64,000 nt of DNA from Thermoplasmata archaeon (GTDB taxonomy: Archaea; Thermoplasmatota; Thermoplasmata; Lutacidiplasmatales; UBA184): the NCBI GenBank assembly GCA_021802125.1, contig JAKAAX010000006.1:7633-71632 (forward strand), in the 5' to 3' direction. Below are positions 27,646 to 36,816 of the stretch, piece by piece (position 1 is the stretch's first letter; every line of letters starts with the position of its first letter). Both the position numbers and the translations under genes were made by a program. Under the pieces are notes generated by a model that saw only the letters and a list, made by a program, of their open reading frames with translations, did not search any database and was not told where the DNA came from.

Positions 27646-28848
27646 CTACAGGAGGTTCTCGAACTCCTTGGTGACCTCGGGATACTTCTCCCGCACGGCC
27701 TTCAGGATGTTGAGGACGGAGAGCTTCTCGAGCTTCACGCCCGAGAGGGCGTCGATGATCTTGTCGAAGACCTCGTCGGGCAGCGAGACAAGCTTCTCCT
27801 TCGCGACCCAGTTGCGCAGCAGCTTCTCCTCGAGGAGCACCCGCCAGCCCCGGTCATATTGCATCAGGAACTCCTTCGATGAGTCCCCCTTCGCCGCGGC
27901 CTCGGCGGCGACCCTGCCGGCCACCTTGCCCGCGATGCAGCCGTTCGCGATGCCCCCGCCGGTGAGCGGGTCGATCATCCGCGCGGCATCGCCCACGAGC
28001 ATGAGCCCGTCCGTGACCGACTGCTTGATCGGCGGAGAGATCGAGACCCCTCCTCCCACCATGTCGATCTTCTTGCCCTTCGCGTAGCCGGGGTGGTGCT
28101 CGATCCAGCGGTCGAGGTAGGCCTTCGTCTCGGCGGCGTTCTTGATCTGGGAGACCTGGACCCCGATCCCGACGTTCGCCAGCCCCTCACCCTTGGGGAA
28201 GACCCAGACGTAGCCGCCCGGGGCGACCTTGCCCAGGTAGAAGTCGCAGTAGCGAACGTCGGAGTCGACGTTCGTCATACGGTACTGCAAACAGGAGTCC
28301 ATGTCGCGGAGCTGGAGGTTCGTCGGCAGCCCGGCCCACCGACCGACCTGGCTCTCGAACCCGTCCGCGCCCACGACGACCTTGGCGTGGATCTCGAAGG
28401 GCTGGCCCATGTGCGTCGCCTTGACGCCCGCGATCCTCCCGTCCTTGCGCAGGAGCTCCTTCGCGTGGGTCTTGAGATGGATGGTGGTGCCGGCGTTGGC
28501 GGCGTCGATCGCGAGCGCCTTGTCGAACGCGTCGCGCTCGACCACGTAGCCGACCTCGTTGCCGGCGTGCCTCTCGTTGATCTCCATCACCCTCTCGGAC
28601 GGAGAGTAGATGCGCGCGCCTTCGACCTCGAGGTTGATCCATCGGTTCGAGGGCGTGATGCCGACGTCGGCCAGCCAGGTCTTCGAGATCCCCTCGCCGC
28701 ACCGGACCGGGGAGCCGATCTCCTGGCGCTTCTCGATCATGACGACGTTCGCACCGTGCTTCGCCGCCCACTTGGCGGTCATGCTGCCGGCGGGGCCCGC
28801 CCCGACCACCAACACATCGCACTTGACGTCCTGGACCATCTTGCTCAC
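27646..28848 (-). CDS. digeranylgeranylglycerophospholipid (geranylgeranyl) reductase
   Basis: The FAD motif is DVLVVGAGPAGSMTAKWAA. Also present are RCGEGIS (catalytic Cys), FYLGKVAPGGYVWVFPKG and LVGDAARMIDPLTGGGI. Confidence 0.9.
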   Translation of the reverse strand: MSKMVQDVKCDVLVVGAGPAGSMTAKWAAKHGANVVMIEKRQEIGSPVRCGEGISKTWLADVGITPSNRWINLEVEGARIYSPSERVMEINERHAGNEVGYVVERDAFDKALAIDAANAGTTIHLKTHAKELLRKDGRIAGVKATHMGQPFEIHAKVVVGADGFESQVGRWAGLPTNLQLRDMDSCLQYRMTNVDSDVRYCDFYLGKVAPGGYVWVFPKGEGLANVGIGVQVSQIKNAAETKAYLDRWIEHHPGYAKGKKIDMVGGGVSISPPIKQSVTDGLMLVGDAARMIDPLTGGGIANGCIAGKVAGRVAAEAAAKGDSSKEFLMQYDRGWRVLLEEKLLRNWVAKEKLVSLPDEVFDKIIDALSGVKLEKLSVLNILKAVREKYPEVTKEFENLL

Positions 28849-28911
28849 GTTCTCCCGCTCTGGTTCGATCTTCGGTGGTTCGTTCTGGGAGGCCCTGCTC
28901 CGGGGAGCTCC

Positions 28912-29112
28912 TCACTCGATGCTGATCGCCCCGACGGGGCAGGCACGGACGCAGATATTGCAGCGCGTGCAGACCTCTTCGTCGAAGCCGATGCGCCACT
29001 CGTCAAGGTAGATGCAGTTGAGGGGGCAGATGCCGACACAGGCACCGCACGAGACGCAGATCTCGCCCTGAGACTCGATGTGCAGGTCCTTCTTGCTCGG
29101 CACGGGGTGCAC
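28912..29112 (-). CDS. 2x[4Fe-4S] ferredoxin
   Basis: 66 aa with two clusters: CVSCGACVGICP and CTRCNICVRACP. It is co-oriented with the GGR gene, 63 nt upstream of it, with no intervening TATA. Confidence 0.85.
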   Translation of the reverse strand: MHPVPSKKDLHIESQGEICVSCGACVGICPLNCIYLDEWRIGFDEEVCTRCNICVRACPVGAISIE

Positions 29113-29140
29113 CAGAGGAGGGGTTTGCTCGCGACCTGGG

Positions 29141-29148
29141 TTTATTAA
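29141..29148 (-). promoter_or_regulatory. TATA box (TTAATAAA on the minus strand) for the ferredoxin-GGR unit
   Basis: An AT-rich island lies 29-36 nt upstream of the ferredoxin start at 29112 and overlaps the trxB stop codon. Confidence 0.5.
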
Positions 29149-30194
29149 CCTTTTGCTTCGCTGGCCACGGCGCTCTTGGCCCTAGAAATGCTGCCGTCGG
29201 AGGCGCCGTGCTCGGGCACGGTTGCGGGGCTCCCGGCCCCCTCCTCCGCAGGTCCTTCAAGGCCCTCTTCCGCGAGCCATCGTTCCGTGTCAATCGCGGC
29301 CATGCAGCCCATCCCCGCCGCGGTCACCGCCTGACGGTAGCGGTGGTCTTGGACGTCCCCCGCGGCGAAGAGGCCGGGGACCGTCGTCCGCGTGTGTTCC
29401 GTGGTCTTGAGGTACCCCGTCGCATCGAGCTCCAACATGCCGCGGAAAAGCGCGGTCGTCGGCTCGTGACCGATCGCGACGAAGACCCCTCCGCAGGGTA
29501 CAACCCGCACCTCACCGGTTCGGGTGTCCCGGACCCGGACGCCCGTGACGCTGCCCTCCCCAAGGACCTCCTCGATGGCCGAGTTCCAGAGGAAATGGAT
29601 CTTCGGGTTCTTCCGCGCCCGCTCGGACATGATCCGGCTCGCGCGAAGGGTGTCCCGGCGGTGCACCACCGTGACCTTGCTCGCGAACTTGGTGAGGAAG
29701 GTCGCCTCCTCCATCGCGGTGTCCCCGCCGCCGGCCACGATGAGCTCCTTGCCCTTGAAGAAGAACCCGTCGCAGGTCGCGCAGGCCGAGACGCCGTGGC
29801 CCCGGAGCTTCTCCTCGCCCGGGACGTTCAGCCACTTGGCCTGGGCCCCGGTGGCGACGATGACCGCGTCGGCGACGATCTCGGTCCCTCCGGCGGTGAA
29901 GAGGTGGAACGGGCGTTTCGTCACGTCCAGGCGGCTCACGTTGTCGTCCAGGATGCGCGTGCCGAACCGCTCGGCCTGCTTGCGGAAGAGGTCGATGAGG
30001 TCCGGGCCCTGAATCCCTTCCGGGAACCCGGGGTAGTTCTCGACCTCGTTGGTGATCATGAGCTGCCCGCCCGCCGGCACCCCGCCGATGACGATGGGGC
30101 GGAGGTTCGCCCGGGCGGTGTAGAGCGCGGCGGTGAGCCCCGCCGGACCGCTCCCCAGGATGGCGACGCGCGTGTGCATGGCTGAGGGCTTCAT
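29145..30194 (-). CDS. trxB: thioredoxin-disulfide reductase
   Basis: VAILGSGPAGLTAA, the redox-active CATCDG, GGGDTAMEEA and GLFAAGDV are present. A roughly 45-aa C-terminal extension follows. Confidence 0.9.
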   Translation of the reverse strand: MKPSAMHTRVAILGSGPAGLTAALYTARANLRPIVIGGVPAGGQLMITNEVENYPGFPEGIQGPDLIDLFRKQAERFGTRILDDNVSRLDVTKRPFHLFTAGGTEIVADAVIVATGAQAKWLNVPGEEKLRGHGVSACATCDGFFFKGKELIVAGGGDTAMEEATFLTKFASKVTVVHRRDTLRASRIMSERARKNPKIHFLWNSAIEEVLGEGSVTGVRVRDTRTGEVRVVPCGGVFVAIGHEPTTALFRGMLELDATGYLKTTEHTRTTVPGLFAAGDVQDHRYRQAVTAAGMGCMAAIDTERWLAEEGLEGPAEEGAGSPATVPEHGASDGSISRAKSAVASEAKG

Positions 30195-30862
30195 GGGTCT
30201 CGTGCTTCCTTCCGGTCGTGGCGGCCCTTCGACGCGGGGCGAGGTCCTCCCACGCCGCGCGGTCTACGAGCAGGGCCGTTCGAGGGTCTATCTAGAACCC
30301 GGGAAGGGGACATAACGAGTCCACCCCCCTGCGAAGGTCTCGCGTACTCGCTCCTCCAGAAGACCAGCGGCAGCTCCTCCTTCCCCTCCTCCATCGCCAC
30401 CACCTGCCCGAGGAAGAGGCGGTGGGTGGACCGGGTCACCGTCTGGACGACCTTGCACTCGAAGCTCCCGAGGCTCCCGTCAAGGAGAGGGCTTCCGAGG
30501 GGCCCCCGATGGAAGCGCACCCCCTCGAACTTCTCGGAGGAGGGACGACGCGAGGCAAAGCGCTCCGACAAGGAGAGCTGACGCGCGGACAGGAGGTTCA
30601 CCCCGAACCTGTGGGAAGCCTCGACGAGGGGCGTCGTGTCCGCCTTCGCGTTCAGCGCGACCAGGACCGTCGGCGGCTCCAAGCTCACCGAGAGGAAGGC
30701 GTTCACGGTCATTCCTGCGTCACGTCCGCGGTGGCTCGCCGTCACGACGGTGACGCCGGTGGCGAACCTTCCCATGACGGATCGGAACGTCTCCGGGGAG
30801 ATGCCCGAAGGCGGGGACGACGTCCGGGAGGAGGAACGGGCCTTTGAGGGAGGAGATGCCAT
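30191..30862 (-). CDS. flavin reductase-like (FMN-binding split-barrel, HpaC/RutF-type) protein
   Basis: FRSVMGRFATGVTVVT....GMTVNAFLSVSLEPPTVLVAL...HRFGVNLL is present. Its stop overlaps the trxB ATG (ATGA). The start at 30862 lies 4 nt after the permease stop. Confidence 0.8.
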   Translation of the reverse strand: MASPPSKARSSSRTSSPPSGISPETFRSVMGRFATGVTVVTASHRGRDAGMTVNAFLSVSLEPPTVLVALNAKADTTPLVEASHRFGVNLLSARQLSLSERFASRRPSSEKFEGVRFHRGPLGSPLLDGSLGSFECKVVQTVTRSTHRLFLGQVVAMEEGKEELPLVFWRSEYARPSQGGGLVMSPSRVLDRPSNGPARRPRGVGGPRPASKGRHDRKEARDP

Positions 30863-30866
30863 GGGT

Positions 30867-32087
30867 TCACTCCTCACGCCAGCGGAAGACGAGCACGGCC
30901 GCGACGAACGCGACCGCGGCCATGACCGAGACGATCCCCAGGTCGATGAGCGCATGGGCGACGTCGGAGAACACGCTCACGGACTCGATGCCATCGATGA
31001 CATAGTAGAGCGGCCAGACCTTCGCGTAGGGCTGGAGCCAGCCGGGCATCACCGAGACGGGGATGAAAGACCCGGAGAGGAACATCATCGGGAAGGTGAC
31101 CAGGTTCCCGATGATCCCTGCCGTCTCCGCGCGCTTGGAGACCGTGCCGATGAGCATGCCCAGGGAGACGAAGAGGAGCGGGCCGACCAGGAGGAAGGGG
31201 ATGAGGAGCGGACCCACGATCACGTGGGCCCCGTAGGCCAGGATCCCCGTCGCGAAGAGGATCGCGGCGGCGAGGAAGGTGAGGAGCCAGTTGAACAGGA
31301 TCTTGGAGAGGAGCCACTCCCCCTTCGTGAGCGGGGTCAGGGAGAGGGCCTTGAACAGCTTCTCTTTCTTGTATTCCGAGGTGACGTTCACCATCGAGAA
31401 CATCGGGGTCATCAGGATCGCGAATCCGATGAGGCCCGGGATCTCGAAGTCGATGGTCTTCGGGGTGAAGGAGAGGCTGCCCACGGGGACCGCCTTCGCG
31501 AGATAGGCGACGGGAGCCCCCTTGAAGTTCTGGAGCGCAAGTTGCACGGCTCCCGAAACGATGGCGGCCGAGGTCGAGTCGAAGGGGTTGTCGTAGAACT
31601 GCAGCGCGACGGGGACCCCTCTCCCCCCGTGGGTGAGATTCCACACCTGCTCGCCGAATCCCGCGGGGATGACGATCCCGTTCGACTCGGAGTGTTGAGA
31701 GAGGTAGGTCCCGAGCGGGCCCGCCGACGCGGACACGTTGTGGATCGTGACGAGCCCGGTCTCCTCCACGTAATGGTAGAAGGCGAGCGTCGTCGCGTTC
31801 TGCCCATCCAGGTTCTGGATGTAGAGGGGAACGGCGGAGGGGGCCGAGGAACCGCTGAAGATGGCCCCGAAGAGGAGGACCAGGATGACGGGGAAGAGCA
31901 GGGAGAAGAAGAGGGCCTCCGGGTTCCGCATGTAGGCCCGGGTGTAGAGGACGAAGTCCGCCCAGACATGCGAAGGCCGGAGGAAGCTCCTCCTTCGTGC
32001 GGCTCCCTTCGCGCGCGAGCCGTGGGCCGGGGAGGACGGGAGGGACGGGGCCGAAGGGTCGGAGGAGGGGTCGGAGGGCAGCGTCAC
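30867..32087 (-). CDS. ABC-2 type transporter permease (copy 2)
   Basis: It is colinear with copy 1. GTG 32087 overlaps the ATPase stop (GTGA). Confidence 0.85.
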   Translation of the reverse strand: MTLPSDPSSDPSAPSLPSSPAHGSRAKGAARRRSFLRPSHVWADFVLYTRAYMRNPEALFFSLLFPVILVLLFGAIFSGSSAPSAVPLYIQNLDGQNATTLAFYHYVEETGLVTIHNVSASAGPLGTYLSQHSESNGIVIPAGFGEQVWNLTHGGRGVPVALQFYDNPFDSTSAAIVSGAVQLALQNFKGAPVAYLAKAVPVGSLSFTPKTIDFEIPGLIGFAILMTPMFSMVNVTSEYKKEKLFKALSLTPLTKGEWLLSKILFNWLLTFLAAAILFATGILAYGAHVIVGPLLIPFLLVGPLLFVSLGMLIGTVSKRAETAGIIGNLVTFPMMFLSGSFIPVSVMPGWLQPYAKVWPLYYVIDGIESVSVFSDVAHALIDLGIVSVMAAVAFVAAVLVFRWREE

Positions 32088-33007
32088 GCGCGCACCTCTC
32101 CGCCCTCTTCCATCTCTCCCACGAGCGTGATGAAGACCTCCTCGAGCGTGTCGCGCTGGGTGCTGATGTCCGGCCAGACCAACCCGGAGGCGGCGATCGC
32201 CTGCAGGGCGTCGATCAAGACCTGCTTCTGGTGGAGCGGGACCTCGACCTGGTTCCCTTTCACTTCCGAGGAGAGCCCCGGGACCCGCTGAAGGACCTTC
32301 AGGAGCTCGGGGGTCGCCTCCAGGACGATGCGGGGGCCCCGACCGTACTTCGCGATCAGCTCGGCGGGAGATCCCTCCGTCACGATCTTCCCGTGGTGGA
32401 TGATCGCGACCTGGTCGGCGAGGTTCTCGGCCTCCTCCAGATAATGCGTCGTGAGGAAGATCGTCCGCCCCTCCTTACGGAGCTCCCGGAGCAGCTCCCA
32501 GACCGCCCGGCGCGCCTGCGGGTCGAGCCCGGTCGTGGGTTCGTCCAAGAAGACGAGCTCGGGGTCGTTGACGAGCGCGAGCGCGATCCCGAGCTTCTGC
32601 TTCTGTCCTCCGGAAAGCTTGTCGAAGGTGTCGTTCGCCTTTTCTTCCAGCAGGACGCGCCTCAGCAGCGCCGGGGCATCCACCTGCACGTCGAACAGGC
32701 GCCCGTAGTACTGGACCGCCTCCAGAGGGGTGACCTTGTCGAAGAAGCGGAACCCTTGGGGCATCACCCCGACGCGTCGGTGGACCTCCCCCGCGTCGTG
32801 CCAGGGGTCCAGCCCGAGCACCCGGAGCGTCCCGTGGGTGGCGCGACGCAGCCCCTCCAGGATCTCCACCGTGGTGGTCTTTCCTGCCCCGTTCGGTCCG
32901 AGGAAGGAGTACACCTTACCGGTCGGTACGGAGAACGATATCCCGTCCACGGCCCGGAGCTTCCCATACTCCTTGACCAGGCCGTCGACGGAGATGACCG
33001 CGTCCAT
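32084..33007 (-). CDS. ABC transporter ATP-binding protein (copy 2)
   Basis: GPNGAGKTT, LSGGQKQKL, VFLDEPTTGLD and TTHYLEE are present. The start is ATG 33007 (MDAVISVDGL). Confidence 0.9.
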   Translation of the reverse strand: MDAVISVDGLVKEYGKLRAVDGISFSVPTGKVYSFLGPNGAGKTTTVEILEGLRRATHGTLRVLGLDPWHDAGEVHRRVGVMPQGFRFFDKVTPLEAVQYYGRLFDVQVDAPALLRRVLLEEKANDTFDKLSGGQKQKLGIALALVNDPELVFLDEPTTGLDPQARRAVWELLRELRKEGRTIFLTTHYLEEAENLADQVAIIHHGKIVTEGSPAELIAKYGRGPRIVLEATPELLKVLQRVPGLSSEVKGNQVEVPLHQKQVLIDALQAIAASGLVWPDISTQRDTLEEVFITLVGEMEEGGEVRA

Positions 33008-33032
33008 CGGTCGTCGGCGACGCGTGTTCCCG

Positions 33033-33038
33033 TATAAT
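33033..33038 (-). promoter_or_regulatory. TATA box (ATTATA on the minus strand) for the ABC-2 / flavin reductase / trxB operon
   Basis: It lies 26-31 nt upstream of ATG 33007, which is leaderless spacing. Confidence 0.5.
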
Positions 33039-33250
33039 GTCTCATCAAAAGGCGGCCCGGTCACGTCCTGGCCCGTGCGCGCTCCTTCGGGCGCGCGGAC
33101 CCGGCCCGCTGGGCTCCGGCACCCCTTGCGTGCAAGGTCCGGCCCACGGGGGACCCCGACCCTCCCTCCTCCTCCCTCCTCCTTCCGTGGGCCCCTGGCC
33201 CGGGCCCACGGGTCCCTCGCGGAGAGAAGCGTTCCCCGTCGCCCGCAGTC

Positions 33251-33256
33251 CTTAAC
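33251..33256 (+). promoter_or_regulatory. TATA-like box (CTTAAC) for the flavoprotein-glpD-lipid kinase operon
   Basis: It lies 27-32 nt upstream of GTG 33283. Confidence 0.4.
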
Positions 33257-33282
33257 AGCCCTCCCCCTACCCATGCTCTGCC

Positions 33283-35142
33283 GTGACCGCCCCGACGGCA
33301 TCGTCCCCCCCACCCCCCGCATCGCCCAAACCCAAGGCCGGGGAGCCGACGAGCTCCAACGCATCCTCCCCGCCGGCCCGGGCTGCTGCGAGCGGGGGCG
33401 GAGGCCGGGTGCCCCATCCGTCCCCGCACTTCTCCGGAGCCCGTTGGTGGGCATGGGGGAACATCACGCACCGGTTCCCGCCGAGCCGCTCGCAACGGCT
33501 GAAGGAGTTCCTCCGGCACGAGCTCGGCGTTCCGTCGCTGGGTGCGGGCGGTCCCGGGGCGGACCTCGAGACCCTCTCGATCCCTCCCGGGCGGCTCGAC
33601 GCGGCCGAGGTGCAGGCGATCCGGGCACTGCTCCCGACGGGGGCGGTCAGCGACGAACGCGAGGAGCGGCTGCTCCACTCCTTCGGTCGGTCCTACGTGG
33701 ACGTGGTCATCGCGCGAAGGGGACATCTGCACCAGCTCACGGACCTCGTCGTTCATCCGGCCTCCGTGCAGGAGGTGGAGGATGTCCTCCGGTACGCGCA
33801 CACCCACGACCTCGCCGTCGTCCCGTGGGGCGGTGGCACCAGCGTTGTCGGCGGGGTCGACCCCGAGCGCGGGGGGCACCGGGGGGTACTGACGCTCTCG
33901 CTCCAGCGGCTGATGGACCCGCTCGGGCTCGACGAGATGAGCCGCCTCGCCAGGTTCCAGTGCGGCATCCCCGGCCCGGACCTCGAGAAGTACCTCAACG
34001 ATCGGAAGTTCACGCTCGGGCACTTCCCCCAGTCCTTCGAGTTCTCGACCCTGGGCGGCTGGATCGCGACGCGATCCTCCGGCCAGGCATCGTCGCGGTA
34101 TGGGGAGATCGTCGAACGCCTGCGGGGCGCGACGGTGGTCACTCCCGTCGGAACGTACCGATGGGAGCGCGGGGTCACGGAGTCCTCCGGCCCGGACCCG
34201 TCACTGCTCTTCCCCGGTTCGGAAGGGACGCTCGGGATCTTCGTCGAAGCGACCCTCGCCGTGGACCCGGTTCCCGCGCGAAGGTCCTACCGGCTCGCGA
34301 TCTTCCCTGACTGGGAGAGCGGGATCGACGCCGCGCGCGACCTTTCCCAGGAGCCTCCTCACCCCGCCGTCCTCCGGATCGCCGACGCGCAGGAGACCCT
34401 CCTTACGCTCGAGGGGAGGCCCCCCGCCGAGACCACGGGGGAACGCGTCCGAGCGAGGATCGAGACCGGGTATCTCGGGCTGCGCAAGCTCGAGGAGGGG
34501 TCCATGTGCCTCGCCGTCATCGGCTACGAGGGCACGGAGCGGGAGGTCCGTCACGGCGACGAGCGCCGTCGGGAGGTCCTCCGCGCCCACGGTGGAACGG
34601 ACATCGGTTCGAAGGCGGGGGACCTCTGGCTCAAGGAACGCTTCCTGCTGCCCTACCTCCGGGACGACCTCCTGGAGGACGGCTGGCTGGTCGAGACCCT
34701 GGAGACCGGGGCCGCTTGGAGCGAGATCAAAGGCCTCGCGAGCCAGGTCCACGATGCGCTCCAGAGCACGGCCCGGCGGGGGAAGTTCCCCATCCTCACC
34801 GCGGCTCACCTCTCCCACACCTCGTCCACCGGGACCGGGCTCTACTTCACCATCATCGCGCCGCAGGACCCCCAGGACCCGGTCGGCCAGTGGCTCTCTT
34901 TGAAGGAGGCCGCGACCGAGACCCTGCTGCGAGCCGGCGGAGTGCTGTCCCACCATCACGGGGTCGGCAAGATGCACCGGCCGTGGGTGGGGGGGTATCG
35001 GAAGTCCTTGGCCGGGCTCACGCTCCACGCGGCCAAAAGCTCGTTCGACCCGCTGGGGATCCTGAACCCCGGCAAGACGCTCCCCGAGCCCCGCGTCGAC
35101 CCGGCCTCCTCCCGGCCGAAGGGCGGAGCGGCCGGGCGGTAG
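33283..35142 (+). CDS. FAD-linked oxidase, alkyldihydroxyacetonephosphate-synthase (AGPS)-like
   Basis: The N-terminal RWWAWGN resembles the AGPS WNGWG motif. The FAD_binding_4 core is VVPWGGGTSVVGG...GIPGPDLEKYL...TLGGWIATRSSG...GSEGTLG. The C-terminal HHHGVG is present. Confidence 0.8.
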   Translation: MTAPTASSPPPPASPKPKAGEPTSSNASSPPARAAASGGGGRVPHPSPHFSGARWWAWGNITHRFPPSRSQRLKEFLRHELGVPSLGAGGPGADLETLSIPPGRLDAAEVQAIRALLPTGAVSDEREERLLHSFGRSYVDVVIARRGHLHQLTDLVVHPASVQEVEDVLRYAHTHDLAVVPWGGGTSVVGGVDPERGGHRGVLTLSLQRLMDPLGLDEMSRLARFQCGIPGPDLEKYLNDRKFTLGHFPQSFEFSTLGGWIATRSSGQASSRYGEIVERLRGATVVTPVGTYRWERGVTESSGPDPSLLFPGSEGTLGIFVEATLAVDPVPARRSYRLAIFPDWESGIDAARDLSQEPPHPAVLRIADAQETLLTLEGRPPAETTGERVRARIETGYLGLRKLEEGSMCLAVIGYEGTEREVRHGDERRREVLRAHGGTDIGSKAGDLWLKERFLLPYLRDDLLEDGWLVETLETGAAWSEIKGLASQVHDALQSTARRGKFPILTAAHLSHTSSTGTGLYFTIIAPQDPQDPVGQWLSLKEAATETLLRAGGVLSHHHGVGKMHRPWVGGYRKSLAGLTLHAAKSSFDPLGILNPGKTLPEPRVDPASSRPKGGAAGR

Positions 35143-35157
35143 GGGGCCCCCGCACCC

Positions 35158-36816
35158 GTGTCCGTCGCGTCAACCCCGGCCTCCCCGTCCGCCCGCCCTA
35201 CGGAAGCCAGGACCCGCGACGCGCCCCACCGCTCTCTGGGGACCCGGACCGAAAGGTGGAGGGCCCTCCTCGACGGCCCCTTCGACCTGCTCGTCGTGGG
35301 CGGGGGGATCACCGGCGCGGGGATCGCATCGGAAGCGACCCGGCGGGGGGCCCGCGTCGCGCTCGTGGAACGGGAGGACTTCGGCGGGGGGACCTCCGGC
35401 GCAACGTCGAAGATGCTGCACGGAGGCTTGCGCTACCTCCAGCAGCGGAAGATCCGGCTCGTGCGGGAGGCGCTCCTCGAGCGCGGACGGCTCGTGCGCG
35501 CGCTCGGGCCGGACCGGGTCCAGCGAACGGAGTTCCTCCTCCCGCTCGACGGGGGGCTCGGCCACCGTCTCTCCCTCCGCTTCGGGACCTGGCTCTACGA
35601 GCGGCTCTCCGGTCGCCTCTCGCTGGGCCCCCGCCGCCGGCTCTCCCCGAGCGAGGTCACCTCCCGTGTCCCGTTCCTCGCGATGGAGGGGGTCCACGGG
35701 GGAGTGCTCTACTTCGAAGGCGTGGTGGATGACACGCTCCTGACGCTCGTCCGGGTCGGTCAGGCCGTCGAGCGGGGGGCGGTCGCGGTCAACCACGTCG
35801 AGGCCGTCGCGCCGCTCCTCGAGAAGGGGGAGCTCCGGGGCGTTTCCGTCCGCGACCGTCTCACCGACGCCACGGGGGAGGTCCGGGCGAAGCAGGTGAT
35901 CAACGCCGCGGGGGTCTGGTCCACCTCGTGGGCGGGAGGGGATCGCTCTCCCGCCCTCCGTCCCTCCAAGGGGGTGCACCTGGTCTTCCGTCGCGAGCGG
36001 CTGCCTCTGGAAGTGGCGGTCGTGCTGGGCGCGCCGGAGGGGCGGTGGGTCTTCGCCCTTCCCTACGGCCCTCTCTCGATCGTCGGCACCACGGACACGG
36101 AGGCCCCGCCAGACCCGGACCATGTTCGGGCGGAGCCGGACGACGTCCGCTACCTTCTCGAGGTCGCGCGGCGGCACTTCCCGTCGCTCCATCTGGGGCC
36201 CAAGGACGTGGTCGACGTCTATGCCGGCCTGAGACCTCTGCTGGCCGGCCCCGCCGCCCGGACGAACGACCTCTCGCGCGAGGACGTCGTCCATCGGGAC
36301 GCGAGCGGTCTCCTCACCGTCGTGGGCGGGAAACTGACGACGCATCGGGCCATGGCGGAAAGGGCGCTCAAGGTCTCGGGCATCGGCGACGTCCGGTCAG
36401 GGACGAACACACCCACATCCCCTGCCCGAGGGCCCCTCCCCACCACCTCCGAGTGGAACTGGTGGGCCTTCCCGCCTCGCTGGGAGCGGACCCCCTGCCC
36501 CGGTGCGACGCTCACCTCGGAGGTCCTTCGGGCCCCGCGGGAGAGCTGGAGCGCGTCCCTGTCCCCCTGGGTCAGAGCCTCCGTGCACGTGGCCGGCGCG
36601 GGGACCCTCGTGGACGTCATCGACCGTCGTCTGCACACCTTGCAGCGGTTGGACCCCGCGTTCCCGGAGCTCGTGAGCGAGGTCGCGCGGGAGGTCCAGG
36701 GCCTGCTGGGCTGGACCGACGCGGAACGCGACCGCCAGCGAGAGGATTATCTGGCGAGAGCTCGCTTTGAGACCCAAGCGGTCCTGGCGGCCCGCGGAGG
36801 TTCCGAGTCCCAGTGA
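35158..36816 (+). CDS. glpD: FAD-dependent glycerol-3-phosphate dehydrogenase (GlpA/GlpD family)
   Basis: DLLVVGGGITGAGIASEA, FGGGTSGATSKMLHGGLRYL and KGVHLVF are present, with the C-terminal alpha-helical domain. It starts 15 nt after the upstream stop. Confidence 0.85.
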   Translation: MSVASTPASPSARPTEARTRDAPHRSLGTRTERWRALLDGPFDLLVVGGGITGAGIASEATRRGARVALVEREDFGGGTSGATSKMLHGGLRYLQQRKIRLVREALLERGRLVRALGPDRVQRTEFLLPLDGGLGHRLSLRFGTWLYERLSGRLSLGPRRRLSPSEVTSRVPFLAMEGVHGGVLYFEGVVDDTLLTLVRVGQAVERGAVAVNHVEAVAPLLEKGELRGVSVRDRLTDATGEVRAKQVINAAGVWSTSWAGGDRSPALRPSKGVHLVFRRERLPLEVAVVLGAPEGRWVFALPYGPLSIVGTTDTEAPPDPDHVRAEPDDVRYLLEVARRHFPSLHLGPKDVVDVYAGLRPLLAGPAARTNDLSREDVVHRDASGLLTVVGGKLTTHRAMAERALKVSGIGDVRSGTNTPTSPARGPLPTTSEWNWWAFPPRWERTPCPGATLTSEVLRAPRESWSASLSPWVRASVHVAGAGTLVDVIDRRLHTLQRLDPAFPELVSEVAREVQGLLGWTDAERDRQREDYLARARFETQAVLAARGGSESQ

